A stretch of DNA of 63,959 bases, the filler included, from Octopus bimaculoides (Eukaryota): NCBI RefSeq assembly GCF_001194135.2. It is 7 parts of 6 records of this genome, joined end to end, with 100 filler letters (N's around TTAATTAATTAA, not from the genome) between each part and the next. Parts side by side here need not be neighbours in the genome. Positions count along the whole stretch, not along the records: positions 57,618 to 62,793 come from NC_068986.1; positions 62,894 to 63,959 come from NC_068983.1; 5 more parts are not named here. The stretch is one strand, 5' to 3'. A model generated the notes under the pieces. That model made no database searches, was not told the origin of the DNA, and saw only the letters and a list, made by a program, of their open reading frames with translations. Shown in pieces: positions 61,270 to 63,959 of this stretch (its first letter is position 1; every line of letters begins with the position of its first letter). The position numbers and the translations under genes were made by a program.

Positions 61270-62120
61270 AATCTAGGAAAACAACCAGGAAAACGTCACA
61301 AAGAAAGGTCGCAGTTAAAAGATCACAGAAAAAAAGTCACCCAGAAAACATCAGAAATAAAGGAAAACATCAGAAATAAAGCGCCACACAAAATATCCAG
61401 AATGGTAACGTCACAGAACAACATCAAAGGTAAAACGTCACTGAAAAATGACAGGCAAAACGTCACAAGTAAAACGTCACAGAAAATGTCACGGAGAAAA
61501 TATCACAGAAAAAAAGAGGGAAAATACTTCAGAAAATCCACAGGAATATCGTCACAAAACCAAAGAAAACAAATTTCACAAGAAAAATGTCACAGAATAA
61601 ATTCACAAGAAAAATGATCACAGAAAACCACTAAAACGATATAAAAAAAGCAACATAAAAAATATTATACAAATGATCTCAGAAAAGATCGCTGAAAAAG
61701 TCACACTAAAAACATTGTAAAAATTCAGTCACAAGAAAGATCACAAAAAACCACAGGGAAACATCAGAAAAAGCCTCAAACGAAACGTCGCACAAACTGT
61801 CGCAGAAAATGTCACAGAAAAAAATGTGGCAGAATAAAAACCACGACGTAAAAAAATATCACAGAAAAAATTCAAAGAATAAAAGTTCACAGGAAAAGAG
61901 TCACAAAAAAAGTCTCAGTAAAAACATCGGAATAAAATAGTACAGGTACGCTGTTACAGAAAAAGTCACGGTAAAAACGTCAGAGAAACATCATAGAAAG
62001 AAAAACACAGAATAAAGGTCAACGAACCAAAAAAAAATCAAAGAAAAATCGTCGCAGGAAAATCAGCGAAGGAACAATTAAAACTTCAGTGAAAAGATGT
62101 CACGGGAAAATGTCAAAAAA
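61270..62120. repeat. Degenerate A-rich minisatellite array, unit of about 15 bp, AAAA(C/T)GTCACAG-like
   Basis: Dozens of RTCACA(G/A)AAAA variants, for example aaaacgtcacaagtaaaacgtcacagaaaatgtcacggagaaaatatcacagaaaa. Confidence 0.85.
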
Positions 62121-62893
62121 CCTCAATAAATGACAGATTTAAGGGTGGGCGGGGGGAGGATTTCTTGCTTCATTGTTTTATTTACGATATTTAATAAAAC
62201 GTCGTTTGTTTCACATATTTGTAATGCCATTATGTACATCGTGTTGCCTTGGATCGGGTGGTACATTTTATCTTTGAGCAAGGAGCAGCATTTCATGTTA
62301 CTCGTCTACTTAACAGAAATGAGCACCAGTCGTGTATGGGTAGTGATGTACTCCACTCCCGCTCCAGTTGTCAAATTCATGATGTTCGGCACACATCACG
62401 TCATACTCGCTTGCCAGTGACAGTTTGATTGTTTCATTGTGTATAAAACCGTATATTGCTATTGTCAGTTAATAGTCAATTTACAACATTATCCGTTTAA
62501 TAATGTTTAATTACATTAACTATTATTTATGGTATTTAAATGAAATGTGACATTTTCGTCTGATGACTTTTTTCTAAGCTAACATTGACTAGTTCCGTTT
62601 ATGTCGTTTATAGCCCTCTGCCAACGGAAGGCATTAATACTTTTCTCCAAGCAGTCAAATTTCCAAGCCACACCAGAGTGTCTCACAATAGGAAATGTTG
62701 AATAAGGCAATATAAAGCACACTACATATTACAAACATATCATAATGGCCATGGTTAGAATACTTTAAATCATGTATATATATATATATATATNNNNNNN
62801 NNNNNNNNNNNNNNNNNNNNNNNNNNNNNNNNNNNNNTTAATTAATTAANNNNNNNNNNNNNNNNNNNNNNNNNNNNNNNNNNNNNNNNNNNN

Positions 62894-62929
<36 letters not shown>

Positions 62930-63096
62930 TTACGATGGGCTTCTTTCAGTTTCCGTCTACCAAATCCACTCACAAGGTTTTGATCGACTCGACGTTATAG
63001 TAGAAGACGCTTGCCCAAAGTGCCACGCAGTGGGACTGAATCCGGAACCACGTGGTTTGTAAGCAAGCTACTTATCACACAGCTACTCCTGCGCCT
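62930..63096 (-). mobile_element. SINE family A 5' half
   Basis: gggcttctttcagtttccgtctaccaaatccactcac ... cacagctactcctgcgcc. Confidence 0.88.
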
Positions 63097-63159
63097 ATTA
63101 ATAATTTTTTTAGTAATTACGTTAAGAAATATTTAATTTTTTCCACTTTATGTACAATG

Positions 63160-63260
63160 CTAAGCTGGTTCTTATTTTTTATCGACTCTGAAAGGATCAA
63201 AGGCAAGTTCAACCTCAACAACATTTGAACTCGGAAAGTAAAACCAGAAGAAATACTTCC
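63160..63260 (-). mobile_element. SINE family D fragment
   Basis: ttatcgactctgaaaggatcaaaggcaagttcaacctc. Confidence 0.65.
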
Positions 63261-63959
63261 TTTTTTCTCTCTCTCTATATATATAATCAAGATATCCTTG
63301 GCCTGAAGAGCAGCCTGCAGTATACACTTTGCACGGATTTTTACCACTTCCGAGGTTTTGCTTGCTATGAAACATATGTAGCCCGGATCTTATCCACTCC
63401 ATTCCTTAACTCTTGTATTCTTATTCGCATACCCGGCAACCCTGGTCGCCTACCGCGAAATATTAAAAGAATTCTTTTTTTTTTTTTTCAGTTTATCGTA
63501 CTTCGGTACGAAAATATCCACAACTTTCCCTCTCAATAAACTACTATTGTCCTTGAAAGTTGTTTTTTTATATTTACTACAGATTGCTTGAAGCTAACTT
63601 TCTTCCTACACCTCGATCCTCGGATCTGTTATATATATATATATCTTAATATATAAATCTGAAATTGTGTGTTTGTGTGAAGCCTTTTTGAATGTTTATA
63701 GAAATCCACATTTTCTACTTTTTCGTAAAATTTTTACATCAATGGAATTTTCTCGATCTGAACTTTCCAGTGCAGTAATTAGATTTTAAAAATTCCGTTT
63801 ACTGTGTGTGATTTAAGGGAGATTTGGCTGTTGTTTCTAGCAACTTTTATATTTCATCCCTGCTACCTGGAACGCCATTCTTACACACGCGCTCAACATA
63901 AAAATATAGAGAGTAAAAGTAAAAGAGGGAGAAAGAGAGAAAGTGATACATACAACGTC

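Noticed and set aside
61267-61617. 116-aa Lys/Arg-rich ORF
   Set aside because: A by-product of the T-poor minisatellite array; the frame is not maintained along the array.
61270-62120. Array considered as CRISPR-like
   Set aside because: No identical repeats or unique spacers of regular length, no cas genes, and the context is eukaryotic.
31023-62849. Six identical TTAATTAATTAA palindromes
   Set aside because: Each sits inside an N run (44 N on each side where I counted), so it is a synthetic six-frame-stop scaffold linker, not biology.
63430-63700. Possible Helitron-type ends (atacccggcaacc…, atcttaatatataaa…)
   Set aside because: The resemblance is too short to support a call without a consensus comparison.

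Overview
Eukaryotic, AT-rich, gap-ridden draft assembly. The repeat repertoire looks like an octopus-type cephalopod; this is inferred from the repeats and was not checked against a database. I could not identify any intact protein-coding gene, rRNA, tRNA gene or CRISPR array. The window is mostly transposon debris and microsatellite. Retroelements: four or more tRNA-headed SINE families (labelled A-D here), a 5'-truncated and disrupted RTE LINE (32.6-35.5 kb) between other LINE remnants, two Penelope-like fragments (RT at 1-380, GIY-YIG endonuclease at 15.6-16.6 kb), and R4-like and L1/Tx1-like fragments. DNA transposons: a decayed mariner and mariner-, hAT- and piggyBac-type MITEs. There are also several long fold-back hairpins. 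The most notable signals are a near-canonical minimal hammerhead ribozyme at 8649-8693 (minus strand) with three more degenerate motifs nearby, a twin-priming-type 5' inversion in an L1/Tx1 fragment, and an abrupt change in CpG content at about 31 kb that coincides with an artificial scaffold join. A few weak candidate host exons are listed at low confidence. Most ORFs in the supplied track are microsatellite or N-gap artefacts. I found no clearly novel multi-gene system.
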